Positions 9,043 to 17,672 of a DNA stretch of 40,135 bases are shown piece by piece (the stretch's first letter is position 1; every line of letters starts with the position of its first letter). This stretch comes from an uncultured Candidatus Saccharibacteria bacterium (GTDB taxonomy: Bacteria; Patescibacteriota; Minisyncoccia; Minisyncoccales; GWA2-38-27), in the NCBI GenBank assembly GCA_964585805.1, contig CAZPFE010000001.1:1-40135 (forward strand), written 5' to 3'. Under the pieces are notes generated by a model. The model saw only the letters and a list, made by a program, of their open reading frames with translations. It made no database searches and was not told the DNA's origin. A program made the position numbers and the translations under genes.

Positions 9043-9166
9043 AGCAGCAGAAGTTATACAATAGAAAACCGGGTAATAACCCGGCATCCACCACGGTTAT
9101 TATTCTATTCGTTAAAAACTAACTTTTTAATTTTTTGAATTTAAGCATTTATTATTAAAACTATAT

Positions 9167-9499
9167 TTACAACTTTACCTCAATGTCTACTCCTGCCGGC
9201 AAATTCAGATTCATCAATGCATCAATTACTTCTTGTGTAGGATCTAAAACATCTATTAAGCGCTTATGGACCCTTATCTCAAATTGTTCTCTACTTTTCT
9301 TGTGAACAAAAGAAGAACGATTAACAGTATATTTCTTAATTTCTGTTGGCAAAGGTACTGGTCCTGCAACTTTTGCTCCATACCTTAAAGCTGTCTCTGT
9401 AATCTGCCGAGCGCTATTATCAATAATCTTGCTATCATAAGCTCTCAACTTTATCCTAAACCTTTGTTTAATCTCTTCTTTTTTCTTAACCTTCGACAT
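9167..9499 (-). CDS. rpsJ: 30S ribosomal protein S10
   Basis: [26 protein letters not shown] and [12 protein letters not shown] motifs. First gene of the S10 block. Confidence 0.94.
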   Translation of the reverse strand: MSKVKKKEEIKQRFRIKLRAYDSKIIDNSARQITETALRYGAKVAGPVPLPTEIKKYTVNRSSFVHKKSREQFEIRVHKRLIDVLDPTQEVIDALMNLNLPAGVDIEVKL

Positions 9500-9513
9500 T
9501 TCTGTTTTTTATA

Positions 9514-9545
9514 AAAATGTATCGAATTATAATTCGATACATTTT
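9514..9545 (-). terminator. 32-bp perfect palindrome between tuf and rpsJ (putative terminator/attenuator or operator)
   Basis: AAAATGTATCGAATTATAATTCGATACATTTT is its own reverse complement. On the minus strand it starts 6 nt after the tuf stop. It runs into TTTTTAT and ends ~14 nt before the rpsJ ATG. Confidence 0.45.
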
Positions 9546-9551
9546 ATTTTC

Positions 9552-10748
9552 TTATTTTATAATTTTAGTCACCACTCCTGCTCCAACTGTCTTTCCTCCT
9601 TCTCTAATTGCAAACCTTTGTTTTTCTTCCAAAGCAACAGGAGAAACTAACTTAATCTTCAAACTTACTGTATCGCCTGGCATTACCATTTCTGTTCCTT
9701 CTGGTAAAGTTACTTCTCCTGTTACATCAGTTGTCCGAATATAAAACTGAGGTTTATAACCATTAAAGAATGGAGTATGGCGACCACCTTCTTCTTTTGT
9801 TAAAATATACACTTCTGCTTCAAACTCTGTATGAGGAGTAACTGTCCCTGGTTTAGCCAAAACTTGTCCTCTTTTCACCTCTTCTTTTTTGAGTCCTCTT
9901 AACAAAATACCAACATTATCACCAGCTACACCTTCATCAAGAGTCTTATTAAACATTTCTATACTTACTGCCACTGTCTGTCTGGTCTCACCCAAACCAA
10001 CTAACTCTAACGGATCATTTGTTTTAACTACTCCTCTCTCAATTCTTCCGGTAGCAACAGTTCCTCGTCCTTCAATTGAGAAAACATCTTCAATTGCCAT
10101 TAAGAACGGTTTATCTTTATCTCTTACTGGTTCAGGAATATAATCATCTAAGGCTTTTACTAACTCTAAAATAGGTTTTGCTGCCTCATCATCAGCTGAT
10201 TGAGCCTCTAATGCTTTTAAGGCAGAACCTTTAATTACTGGAACTTCATCGCCGGGAAACTCATATTTATTTAAAAGTTCTCTTATCTCAGATTCAACTA
10301 ACTCAATCATTTCCGGATCATCTACCATATCTGTTTTATTTAAAAACACTACTATATAAGGAATACCTACTTGACGGGCGAGTAAAACATGTTCTCTTGT
10401 TTGAGGCATAGGACCATCTGGAGCAGAAACAACTAAAATTGCTCCATCCATTTGAGCAGCACCAGTAATCATATTCTTAATATAATCAGCATGACCAGGA
10501 CAATCTATATGAGCGTAATGTCTTTTTTCTGATTCATACTCCAAGTGAGAAACAGAAATTGTTAACCCTCTTTCTCTTTCTTCTGGGGCAGCATCTATTT
10601 GATCAACCGCTTTTTCATCAACATTCATTCCTTTTAATTTTAAAACATGAAGAATAGCTGCAGTTAAAGTAGTTTTACCATGATCAACATGGCCAATAGT
10701 TCCAACATTTACATGAGGTTTTGTTCTTTCAAATTTTCCTTTTGCCAT
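9552..10748 (-). CDS. tuf: Elongation factor Tu
   Basis: GTPase motifs [18 protein letters not shown] and NKTD, with full-length similarity to EF-Tu (398 aa). Confidence 0.97.
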   Translation of the reverse strand: MAKGKFERTKPHVNVGTIGHVDHGKTTLTAAILHVLKLKGMNVDEKAVDQIDAAPEERERGLTISVSHLEYESEKRHYAHIDCPGHADYIKNMITGAAQMDGAILVVSAPDGPMPQTREHVLLARQVGIPYIVVFLNKTDMVDDPEMIELVESEIRELLNKYEFPGDEVPVIKGSALKALEAQSADDEAAKPILELVKALDDYIPEPVRDKDKPFLMAIEDVFSIEGRGTVATGRIERGVVKTNDPLELVGLGETRQTVAVSIEMFNKTLDEGVAGDNVGILLRGLKKEEVKRGQVLAKPGTVTPHTEFEAEVYILTKEEGGRHTPFFNGYKPQFYIRTTDVTGEVTLPEGTEMVMPGDTVSLKIKLVSPVALEEKQRFAIREGGKTVGAGVVTKIIK

Positions 10749-10909
10749 ATATCTATTAATACCAAATTACAAGTCTAAAATTACAAACAAAAATTAAATT
10801 TTTGTTTATAATTTAGAACTTGCAATTTGCTAATTTAAATTTTTTATTTTCTAATTTTTTAATTTTTAATGTTAATATATTATTATTTTTCAAAAAAAAT
10901 GTCAATGTC

Positions 10910-13015
10910 TTATTTTCTTTTTCCTTCTATTATTTCTTGAGCTATATTTTGAGGAATTTCTTGATAAGAATCAAACTCCATAGTAAATGTCCCTCTTCCT
11001 TCTGTTAATGACCTTAACCCAGTAGCATAACCAAACATTTCTGCTAAAGGAACCTTGGCATCAATAACTTTCAAATTTAATCTATCTTTAGTTTCTTCAA
11101 TCCTTCCCCGTCGAGCAGACAAATCAGCAATTGTATCTCCTAAAAATTCAGCTGGCACAACCACTTCTAATTTCATAATTGGCTCAAGTAAAACCGGCTT
11201 TGCTTTCTTTGCTGCTTCTTGGAAAGCAATAGAGGCAGCAATTTTAAAAGCATTTTCCGAAGAATCAACTTCGTGAAAAGAACCATCATATAAAGTTGCT
11301 TCTATATCTATCATTGGATAACCAGCCACAATCCCTTTATCCATTGCTTCTTTTACTCCTTTTTCTACTGCTGGAATAAATTCTTTAGGAATAATACCTC
11401 CTTTAATTTCATCAACAAAATTGAAACCTGTTCCTCTTTCTCTTGGTTTAATTCTTAACCAAACATGACCATATTGTCCTCGCCCTCCTGATTGTCTAAT
11501 ATACTTACCTTCTGCTTCAGATTCTTGTTTAATTGTTTCTTTATAAGCAACTTGCGGACGACCCGCCTTTACATTAACCTTAAACTCTCTTCTCATTCTA
11601 TCAATAAGAATATCCAAATGTAATTCTCCCATTCCTGAAATAACAGTTTCTCCTGTTTCTAAATCTTCTTTTACTCTAAAAGTCGGATCTTCCTCAGCTA
11701 ATTTCTTAAGAGCGATTGCCATTTTTTCCTGATCTGCTTTTGATTCAGGTTCCACCCTAATAGAAATAACTGGTTCAGGAAAAGTAATACTTTCATAAAC
11801 AACAGAACACCCTTCTTCACATAATGTATGACCTGTCTTAGTACTTTTAAGCCCTACTGTTGCTGCAATATCTCCAGCAAAAACTTCTTTTACTTCTTCT
11901 CTTTCAGCAGCATGCATTCTTAAAATTCTTCCAATTCTTTCTTTTTGGCCAGTTGTAGTATTTAAAACATAAGAACCGCTGGTTAAATGACCTGAATAAA
12001 CTCGAAAATAAACTAAAGTCCCAACATAAGGATCGCTAGCAATCTTAAAAGCAAGGGCTGAAAATTTTTCATTATCATCTGGCTGTAACTCAATTTCCTC
12101 ACCAGTTCGAGGATCTATTCCTTTTGCCGGCGGCATATCTTTAGGACTTGGTAAATAATCGCAAATAGCATCAAGTAAAGGTTGAACTCCTTTGTTTTTC
12201 AAAGCTGAACCACAAAAAACAGGAATTAATTTATAACTTAAAACCGCTTTTCTTAATACTCTTTTTAATTCTTCTAAGGAAATTTCTTCTTCTCCTAAAT
12301 ATTTTTCTAATAAACTTTCATCTTCAGCAGCAATTTTTTCAATCATCTTCTCTCGCCACTCTTTTGCCTGATCTAACATATCAGCCGGAATCTCCTCTTC
12401 TTCTACGATTTGACCAAAATCCCCATTAAATCTAAGGGCTTTCATTTTTAATAAATCAATCACTCCACTATGTTCTTCTTCTAGTCCAATCGGAATTTGA
12501 AGAGCTACAGCATTAGGAGAAAGTTTCTCTAAAATAGAATTAAAACTTCTTTCAAAAGAAGCACCCATTCTGTCCAGCTTATTAATAAAACAAATTCTTG
12601 GGACGCTATATTTATCTGCTTGCCTCCAAACTGTTTCTGACTGAGGTTCTACACCAGCAACTCCATCAAAAACAACAACTGCCCCATCTAAAACCCTTAA
12701 AGAACGCTGAACCTCGGCTGTAAAATCAATATGACCAGGAGTATCAATAATATTTATTTGATATTCGTTACTTTTCTCCCTTTCTTTATCGCTTGGAATC
12801 CAAAAACAAGTTGTTGAAGCAGAAGTAATAGTAATACCTCTCTCTTTTTCTTGTTCCATCCAGTCCATAATTGCCTGACCATCATGAACTTCCCCAATCT
12901 TGTGGGAAATACCCGTATAAAAAAGAATTCTCTCGGTAGTTGTAGTTTTCCCAGCATCAATATGAGCAATTATTCCTATATTGCGGACTTTTTCAATTGG
13001 ATATTTTCTAGGCAT
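10910..13015 (-). CDS. fusA: Elongation factor G
   Basis: [23 protein letters not shown] and NKLDR motifs. 701 aa, located between rpsG and tuf. Confidence 0.97.
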   Translation of the reverse strand: MPRKYPIEKVRNIGIIAHIDAGKTTTTERILFYTGISHKIGEVHDGQAIMDWMEQEKERGITITSASTTCFWIPSDKEREKSNEYQINIIDTPGHIDFTAEVQRSLRVLDGAVVVFDGVAGVEPQSETVWRQADKYSVPRICFINKLDRMGASFERSFNSILEKLSPNAVALQIPIGLEEEHSGVIDLLKMKALRFNGDFGQIVEEEEIPADMLDQAKEWREKMIEKIAAEDESLLEKYLGEEEISLEELKRVLRKAVLSYKLIPVFCGSALKNKGVQPLLDAICDYLPSPKDMPPAKGIDPRTGEEIELQPDDNEKFSALAFKIASDPYVGTLVYFRVYSGHLTSGSYVLNTTTGQKERIGRILRMHAAEREEVKEVFAGDIAATVGLKSTKTGHTLCEEGCSVVYESITFPEPVISIRVEPESKADQEKMAIALKKLAEEDPTFRVKEDLETGETVISGMGELHLDILIDRMRREFKVNVKAGRPQVAYKETIKQESEAEGKYIRQSGGRGQYGHVWLRIKPRERGTGFNFVDEIKGGIIPKEFIPAVEKGVKEAMDKGIVAGYPMIDIEATLYDGSFHEVDSSENAFKIAASIAFQEAAKKAKPVLLEPIMKLEVVVPAEFLGDTIADLSARRGRIEETKDRLNLKVIDAKVPLAEMFGYATGLRSLTEGRGTFTMEFDSYQEIPQNIAQEIIEGKRK

Positions 13016-13050
13016 AAATTATCATTATTTAAATTTATCACTATTAAAAA

Positions 13051-13521
13051 TTACCAAGCAAAATGAACAAATGCCCGATTTGCTTCAGCCATTTTATGAG
13101 TATCTGTTTTCTTTTTAACCGCCCAACCAGTATTATTAGCTGCATCCATTAATTCTTCTGCCAATTTTTCTTTCATTGGTTTCCCTTTCTTCTGTTTTGC
13201 CCCAGTTATTAACCAACGCATCGCCAAAGTTAATCTTCTTTCACTTTTCACTTCCACTGGCACTTGATAAGTAGCCCCTCCTACTCTTCTTGACTTAACT
13301 TCTAACAATGGAGAAGCATTTTCAAGCGCCTTTTCAAAAACCTCTAAAGGGTCTTTACCTGTCTTTTCTTTAATAATATCAAAAGCACCATAGACAATTT
13401 TCTGAGCTATTGTCTTCTTTCCTTTTCTCATTACTTGATTAATAAATTTTGCTACTTCCACGCTATTATACATATAATCAGGAGGAACAAGATGTTTTTT
13501 TATCTTCTTTCTCCTTGCCAT
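13051..13521 (-). CDS. rpsG: 30S ribosomal protein S7
   Basis: [32 protein letters not shown] and the terminal RAFVHFAW. Confidence 0.95.
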   Translation of the reverse strand: MARRKKIKKHLVPPDYMYNSVEVAKFINQVMRKGKKTIAQKIVYGAFDIIKEKTGKDPLEVFEKALENASPLLEVKSRRVGGATYQVPVEVKSERRLTLAMRWLITGAKQKKGKPMKEKLAEELMDAANNTGWAVKKKTDTHKMAEANRAFVHFAW

Positions 13522-13573
13522 AGTTTTTGCTTTGCAAAAACTTTTTTATTTTTTAATATTTTCAACAAATTCT

Positions 13574-14005
13574 TTATTGATTGTCTTTTTGACTCCCTTT
13601 TTCCTTCTTTGTTCCATATTTACTTCGTCCTTGCTTTCTTCCTTCAACTCCAGCCGCATCTAAAACTCCTCTTACTACATGATATCTTACTCCCGGTAAG
13701 TCCTTTACCCTTCCTCCTCTTATTAAAACAACTGAATGTTCTTGAAGATTATGACCTTCTCCTGGAATATAAGCTGTTACTTCCATCCCGTTTGTCAAAC
13801 GAACCCTTGCCACTTTTCTTAAAGCAGAATTAGGTTTTTTAGGTGTAGTAGTAAATACTTTAACACAAACTCCTCTTTTAAAAGGAGAAAAATATTTTGT
13901 TGGCTTATTCTTCAAAGTATTAAAACCAAAACTAAGGGCTGGCATCTTAGCCCTCTTTTTTTTCTTTTTTCTTGGTCTTTTAATTAGTTGTTGAATAGTT
14001 GGCAT
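13574..14005 (-). CDS. rpsL: 30S ribosomal protein S12
   Basis: [29 protein letters not shown] and [14 protein letters not shown] motifs. Confidence 0.96.
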   Translation of the reverse strand: MPTIQQLIKRPRKKKKKRAKMPALSFGFNTLKNKPTKYFSPFKRGVCVKVFTTTPKKPNSALRKVARVRLTNGMEVTAYIPGEGHNLQEHSVVLIRGGRVKDLPGVRYHVVRGVLDAAGVEGRKQGRSKYGTKKEKGSQKDNQ

Positions 14006-14136
14006 TGTTGTGATAAAAAATTTAATTTAGACAAAACAAAAAAAACGTTTTGTTTTTTATTTTTTTTATTTATCCTTTTATTTTTTAATAAAACCTATCA
14101 AATTAGAAATAAAAAGTCAATAAAGAATGACAAAAA

Positions 14137-14164
14137 CAAACAAACAAACAAACAAACAAACAAA
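14137..14164. repeat. Tetranucleotide microsatellite (CAAA)7 upstream of rpsL
   Basis: Read directly: seven uninterrupted CAAA units. They lie in the 189-bp spacer between the stop of the 14195-15460 gene and the rpsL start. Confidence 0.9.
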
Positions 14165-14194
14165 CGCGATTACACTCTTCCGACAAACAAATCT

Positions 14195-15460
14195 CTATTG
14201 CTTCTTAACTATTTCTTTAAATCTAACTTTACGAGTTTTAGAAGCTAATATCTTATTTATTCTATACTCTTTATAAGCCCTTTTCTTTTCATCCACCCAT
14301 TTCTCAAACTTTACAATATAAATTTTTAAGAAGTAAACCAAGGCTAAAGAAATAATCAAAGGTAAAAAGAAAGAATCTAAGAAAAAGTTATTTGTTAAAC
14401 CAGTAGAAATAGTGGTTGCCCCTAAAACTCCTTTTTTATTAACAATAATTTTTACACTATCTGATACAGAAGGTAAATTATCAGCCGAAACATTTACTGT
14501 GTTTACAAGAACAGTTTCGCCAAAAGAAAAATTATCAGCTCCAAGCAGTTTTACCCTAAAAGTAATTTCTTTCTCTTGACTAGCGACCAAATCTCCTATA
14601 TCTAAAAAAGATATATTTCCACTTACTTGCTTGCCATCAACCTCTAAAGTATTAGGCAAATAAAACATTTTAGGAGGAAGTATATCCTTTACTTTTACAT
14701 TTTTTACCCCACTGCCTTCTGCTTTTACTTTAATCAAAAAGACAATTATTTCATCTGGATCTGCGCTAACTTGTTCTTTTGAATAATCAGTCCCATCAGA
14801 TAAATTCTTGGCAAATTTTTCTACTTTTAAGTTTGGTGTTGAGCTTACATTAATAAAAACCGTATCTGAGGCTGAACCAGCGGACCCGGTACAAGTTATT
14901 TTATATTCTTTTTTAGAAGTTATTTCACTTGTTGATTCTGATCCAGAAACAGGTTTTGTTCCTGACCAATCACCAGATGCCTGACAAGAATCAGTTCCTG
15001 AAGAAGTCCAAGATAAGGTTACTTTTTCGCCGTAATTAACACTTACTGGACCATCGGAACCATTTGCTTTGATATCCACAAAAGGAGCGGCTGAAGTAGT
15101 AAATGTTTTATCCTCTCCATAAGCAGTCCCTGCGCTGTTTTGAGCAACTGCCCTATAATGATAAGTAGTATTTGGCTCTAAACCGTTTACCTGAATACAA
15201 TATACTCCCGGACTAGACAATTCTTTTTTAGGTGTTTCTTTGCCATAGTTTGTTGTCTCTCCATACTGAAACCAAACATAAGTAGTAGAATCGCCGCCCA
15301 TATCTGTTAATTCGCCGACAAAAGTTACTGAAGTGCCTTTGACAGTTGTTTTTGCCGGACAGCTTTCCGCAAAAACAATACCTGTATAAAAATAGAAAAG
15401 AAAAACAAAAAGGATTATCAGAAAGATATTAAATTTCAATACATTTTTAACTTTCATCAT
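14195..15460 (-). CDS. Membrane-anchored surface protein with FN3-like, Ig-like and DUF11-like repeat domains
   Basis: N-terminal hydrophobic signal/anchor. FN3-like module (VWFQYGETTNYG...LEPNTTYHYRAVAQNSAGTAYGEDKTFTT). Ig-like module (LSWTSSGTDSCQASGDWSGTKPVSGSE...ITCTG). A further beta-rich repeat domain, then a C-terminal TM segment plus a long Lys/Arg-rich tail. Confidence 0.7.
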   Translation of the reverse strand: MMKVKNVLKFNIFLIILFVFLFYFYTGIVFAESCPAKTTVKGTSVTFVGELTDMGGDSTTYVWFQYGETTNYGKETPKKELSSPGVYCIQVNGLEPNTTYHYRAVAQNSAGTAYGEDKTFTTSAAPFVDIKANGSDGPVSVNYGEKVTLSWTSSGTDSCQASGDWSGTKPVSGSESTSEITSKKEYKITCTGSAGSASDTVFINVSSTPNLKVEKFAKNLSDGTDYSKEQVSADPDEIIVFLIKVKAEGSGVKNVKVKDILPPKMFYLPNTLEVDGKQVSGNISFLDIGDLVASQEKEITFRVKLLGADNFSFGETVLVNTVNVSADNLPSVSDSVKIIVNKKGVLGATTISTGLTNNFFLDSFFLPLIISLALVYFLKIYIVKFEKWVDEKKRAYKEYRINKILASKTRKVRFKEIVKKQ

Positions 15461-15469
15461 ATAATCTTT

Positions 15470-16138
15470 TTAGTAAGTAACAATAGCTGGTTTAGTAATT
15501 ACTGTTGGTAATTTGGGATTAACAGTAAGTTGAACAGAATCAGTATCTGAATCAGTCCCATCTTGATCATAACAAGTAAGAACAAAATTCAATGTTCCAG
15601 TACTTGTTGTGGTATAAGTTTCTGATCCAGAAACAGGTTTTGTTCCTGACCAATCACCAGATGCCTGACAATAAGAAGCATTTTGGGAGGACCAAGACAA
15701 AACTACTGTATCACCATATTGGACAACACTTTCACTTATTTTTAAATCAACACTCACTGGCAAGCATTGAGTAGTAAATGTCTTATACTCCCCATAAGTA
15801 GTTCCAGCCCTGTTTTGGGCAACCGCCCGATAACGATACTGAGTACAAGGATCTAAATTATATATATCCTGACAAAACAAACCTGTTCCATAAAAAGGCA
15901 TACGGCTTGTCTCACTATAATCAGATGAGCTTGCTTTTCCGTATTGAAACCAAACATATAAATTAGGATCACCACCATCATCAGTGATCTCTCCTACTAA
16001 AGTAGCAGAATCGGTTCTTACCTGAGTGGTATCAGGACAAGTAGAAGCAGATACATAACCAAAAAGAGAAATTAATATCACTAAAAAAAATAAAGAAATT
16101 AAATTAAAATATTTATTTTTTATTATTTTTGTTTTCAT
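15470..16138 (-). CDS. Secreted FN3-like/Ig-like surface protein, short paralog of the 14195-15460 gene
   Basis: Same architecture: signal, VWFQYGKASSSDY...LDPCTQYRYRAVAQNRAGTTYGEYKTFTT, then LSWSSQNASYCQASGDWSGTKPVSGSE...LTCYD. It has no C-terminal anchor. Confidence 0.7.
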   Translation of the reverse strand: MKTKIIKNKYFNLISLFFLVILISLFGYVSASTCPDTTQVRTDSATLVGEITDDGGDPNLYVWFQYGKASSSDYSETSRMPFYGTGLFCQDIYNLDPCTQYRYRAVAQNRAGTTYGEYKTFTTQCLPVSVDLKISESVVQYGDTVVLSWSSQNASYCQASGDWSGTKPVSGSETYTTTSTGTLNFVLTCYDQDGTDSDTDSVQLTVNPKLPTVITKPAIVTY

Positions 16139-16197
16139 TTTTTTATATTATTTTTTATATTTTTTTATATTTTACTAAAAATTTTATTTTTTTATTC

Positions 16198-16223
16198 AAA
16201 AGGAGAGATTGCTCTCTCCTTTT
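16198..16223 (-). terminator. Putative intrinsic terminator after the 16230-16925 gene
   Basis: AAAAGGAGAGA-TTGC-TCTCTCCTTTT hairpin starting 7 nt after the stop. The minus-strand RNA ends in a UUUU run that is part of the stem base. Confidence 0.45.
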
Positions 16224-16229
16224 ATGCTT

Positions 16230-16925
16230 TTACTTCGTCTGCACTGCCGGAGCGGGTAAGGTTCTGGCTGTTGGTGGAGTATATGCCGGTGGAACAGTAT
16301 ATACAGTAGGAGGCGAACAACACGGTGGTGGTGGTGGTGGAGAATAATATGAAGAATGATGATACCCAAAAAAGAACCATCCTCCTCCACCTCCTCCTCT
16401 ACAACACGGATTCCACCACACCTGAGGAGGGGCTTTCTGAGGAAGTTGTTGAGTAGTATGTTGATAATAATAACTATCTCTCAAGCAAAGATTACCACAT
16501 TCCTGAGCAACAAAGAGTCTCCACTCTCTTCCTCTACAATTAACTACAAAAGAAAATCCAACTAAGTAGCTGCCTCCTTTCCACACAACATCTCTTTTCA
16601 CCCCGGAGCCATAAATCATCCAGACGAAATACGAGCCTGAAGGTAAAGTAATTTCTCTTGCTCCTTCTGCACTTTCCAAGATCGCGGTATAAAGATCATC
16701 TCCCACTCCTGGCTCTGCAACTTCCAACCTGCTTTTTATTAAATAACCATAAGAAACAAATTTAGCATGGAGATCAGAAACACTTCTTACCCCTCCTGGA
16801 ATTAGCGGATCTCTCCCGACATACCGCCAGGAGAATCCATAAGAAAAAATTACCGCTATTGCTATTACTATTACCATTACAAACTGCTGTCTCTTTACCT
16901 CTTTCATCTCTTTCATCTCTTTCAT
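16230..16925 (-). CDS. Hypothetical single-pass membrane protein with a Cys/Gly/Pro/Tyr-rich C-terminal tail (compositional outlier)
   Basis: GGAGG sits 6 nt upstream of the ATG. N-terminal TM (FVMVIVIAIAVIF), then a globular region. Tail is WWNPCCRGGGGGGWFFFGYHHSSYYSPPPPPPCCSPPTVYTVPPAYTPP. Two 60-nt blocks counted by hand gave 57% and 47% GC, against ~30% in the flanks. Confidence 0.6.
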   Translation of the reverse strand: MKEMKEMKEVKRQQFVMVIVIAIAVIFSYGFSWRYVGRDPLIPGGVRSVSDLHAKFVSYGYLIKSRLEVAEPGVGDDLYTAILESAEGAREITLPSGSYFVWMIYGSGVKRDVVWKGGSYLVGFSFVVNCRGREWRLFVAQECGNLCLRDSYYYQHTTQQLPQKAPPQVWWNPCCRGGGGGGWFFFGYHHSSYYSPPPPPPCCSPPTVYTVPPAYTPPTARTLPAPAVQTK

Positions 16926-16994
16926 CTCTTTCCTCCTTCTTCTTTTTGTTCTTTTAAAGCGCTGCCTTAATTTTAAAACAATCTCTAACTCTTG

Positions 16995-17672
16995 TCAATA
17001 TTTAATCTTTGCTCCTACGATAATCCTTTTATAATCTTTTCCCGGTGGCCAACAACTGGTTAAAACTAAAACATTATCTTGATTATTAAAAACAGGAATT
17101 GATTCTCCTTTGTTTAAAATTTTTTTATCAAAAACTATGTAGCGATATTTGCAGTAATCATAATAAATTATAATCTCGTCACCCTTCTCCAATTCAGACA
17201 AACGACTAAAAATCCATTCATATCTTACCTTAGGCCAATTTAAAGGAGCAGAATGACCTAAAATAATTGTCTCTCCTTTTTCTCCAGGTAAAGACGATGA
17301 CGGATAAAAAACCGCTCCTTCATCCAATAATTTTTCAAAATCTATTTCCTTGTTCTCTTTTTTAGGAAAAATTATTGGCACAGAGAGATTAATCTTCGGA
17401 ATTTCCAACCAATCTGTTTTTTCACTAAAAACACATTTGGTTTCTTGTCTTTCTAATAATTTTCTTGTCCCTCCTCCTCCTTGTTTAGAAACAGAAAAAG
17501 TGATTTTTTGTAAAAAATCACCAACTATTTTAGTTACCACCTTATAATTAAAAAGCCAAGAAACATCTCCCCAATTAATAACTAAAAAAGCAAAGAGAAA
17601 AAAAATTACAAAATACTTAAAAAAAATCTTTTTTTGCTTATCAAGATTAAAATACATTTTAGCGGATAACAA
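16995..17672 (-). CDS. Sortase-family transpeptidase
   Basis: N-terminal TM anchor and the catalytic triad pattern: ILGHSAP (His), LVLTSCWPP (TLxTC-like Cys) and KRIIVGAK (Arg). Confidence 0.7.
   Translation of the reverse strand: MLSAKMYFNLDKQKKIFFKYFVIFFLFAFLVINWGDVSWLFNYKVVTKIVGDFLQKITFSVSKQGGGGTRKLLERQETKCVFSEKTDWLEIPKINLSVPIIFPKKENKEIDFEKLLDEGAVFYPSSSLPGEKGETIILGHSAPLNWPKVRYEWIFSRLSELEKGDEIIIYYDYCKYRYIVFDKKILNKGESIPVFNNQDNVLVLTSCWPPGKDYKRIIVGAKIKY

Noticed and set aside
9043-9087. 15-aa N-terminal extension of L3 (MPGYYPVFYCITSAA) from the ORF track
   Set aside because: It is not L3-like and is encoded by the GC hairpin. The conserved L3 N-terminus MKFILGKK begins at 9042.
10749-10909. 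160-bp fusA-tuf spacer with the AT-only palindrome AAACAAAAAT-TAA-ATTTTTGTTT (about 10785-10807) as a regulatory element
   Set aside because: The stem is entirely A/T in very AT-rich DNA, so it is probably a chance or weak structure. The spacer more simply holds a tuf promoter. It is not reported as a feature.
12754-12969. 71-aa minus-strand ORF nested in an alternative frame of fusA
   Set aside because: It is fully embedded in the EF-G coding sequence in another frame and has no recognisable features.
160-13833. Numerous 60-143-aa plus-strand ORFs antisense to ribosomal protein, tuf and fusA genes (e.g. 160-402, 2720-3151, 3298-3582, 7552-7809, 9517-9744, 13435-13833)
   Set aside because: - They are Phe/Leu/Ser/Ile-rich translations of the antisense strand of highly confident genes in AT-rich DNA.
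- They have no motifs and no independent support.
16129-16390. ORFs 16129-16347 (+, poly-Gly) and 16196-16390 (-, poly-His) overlapping the 3' end of the 16230-16925 gene
   Set aside because: - They are alternative-frame or antisense readings of the Gly/Pro-rich tail.
- The long frame (231 aa) has an RBS, a TM segment and a downstream terminator.
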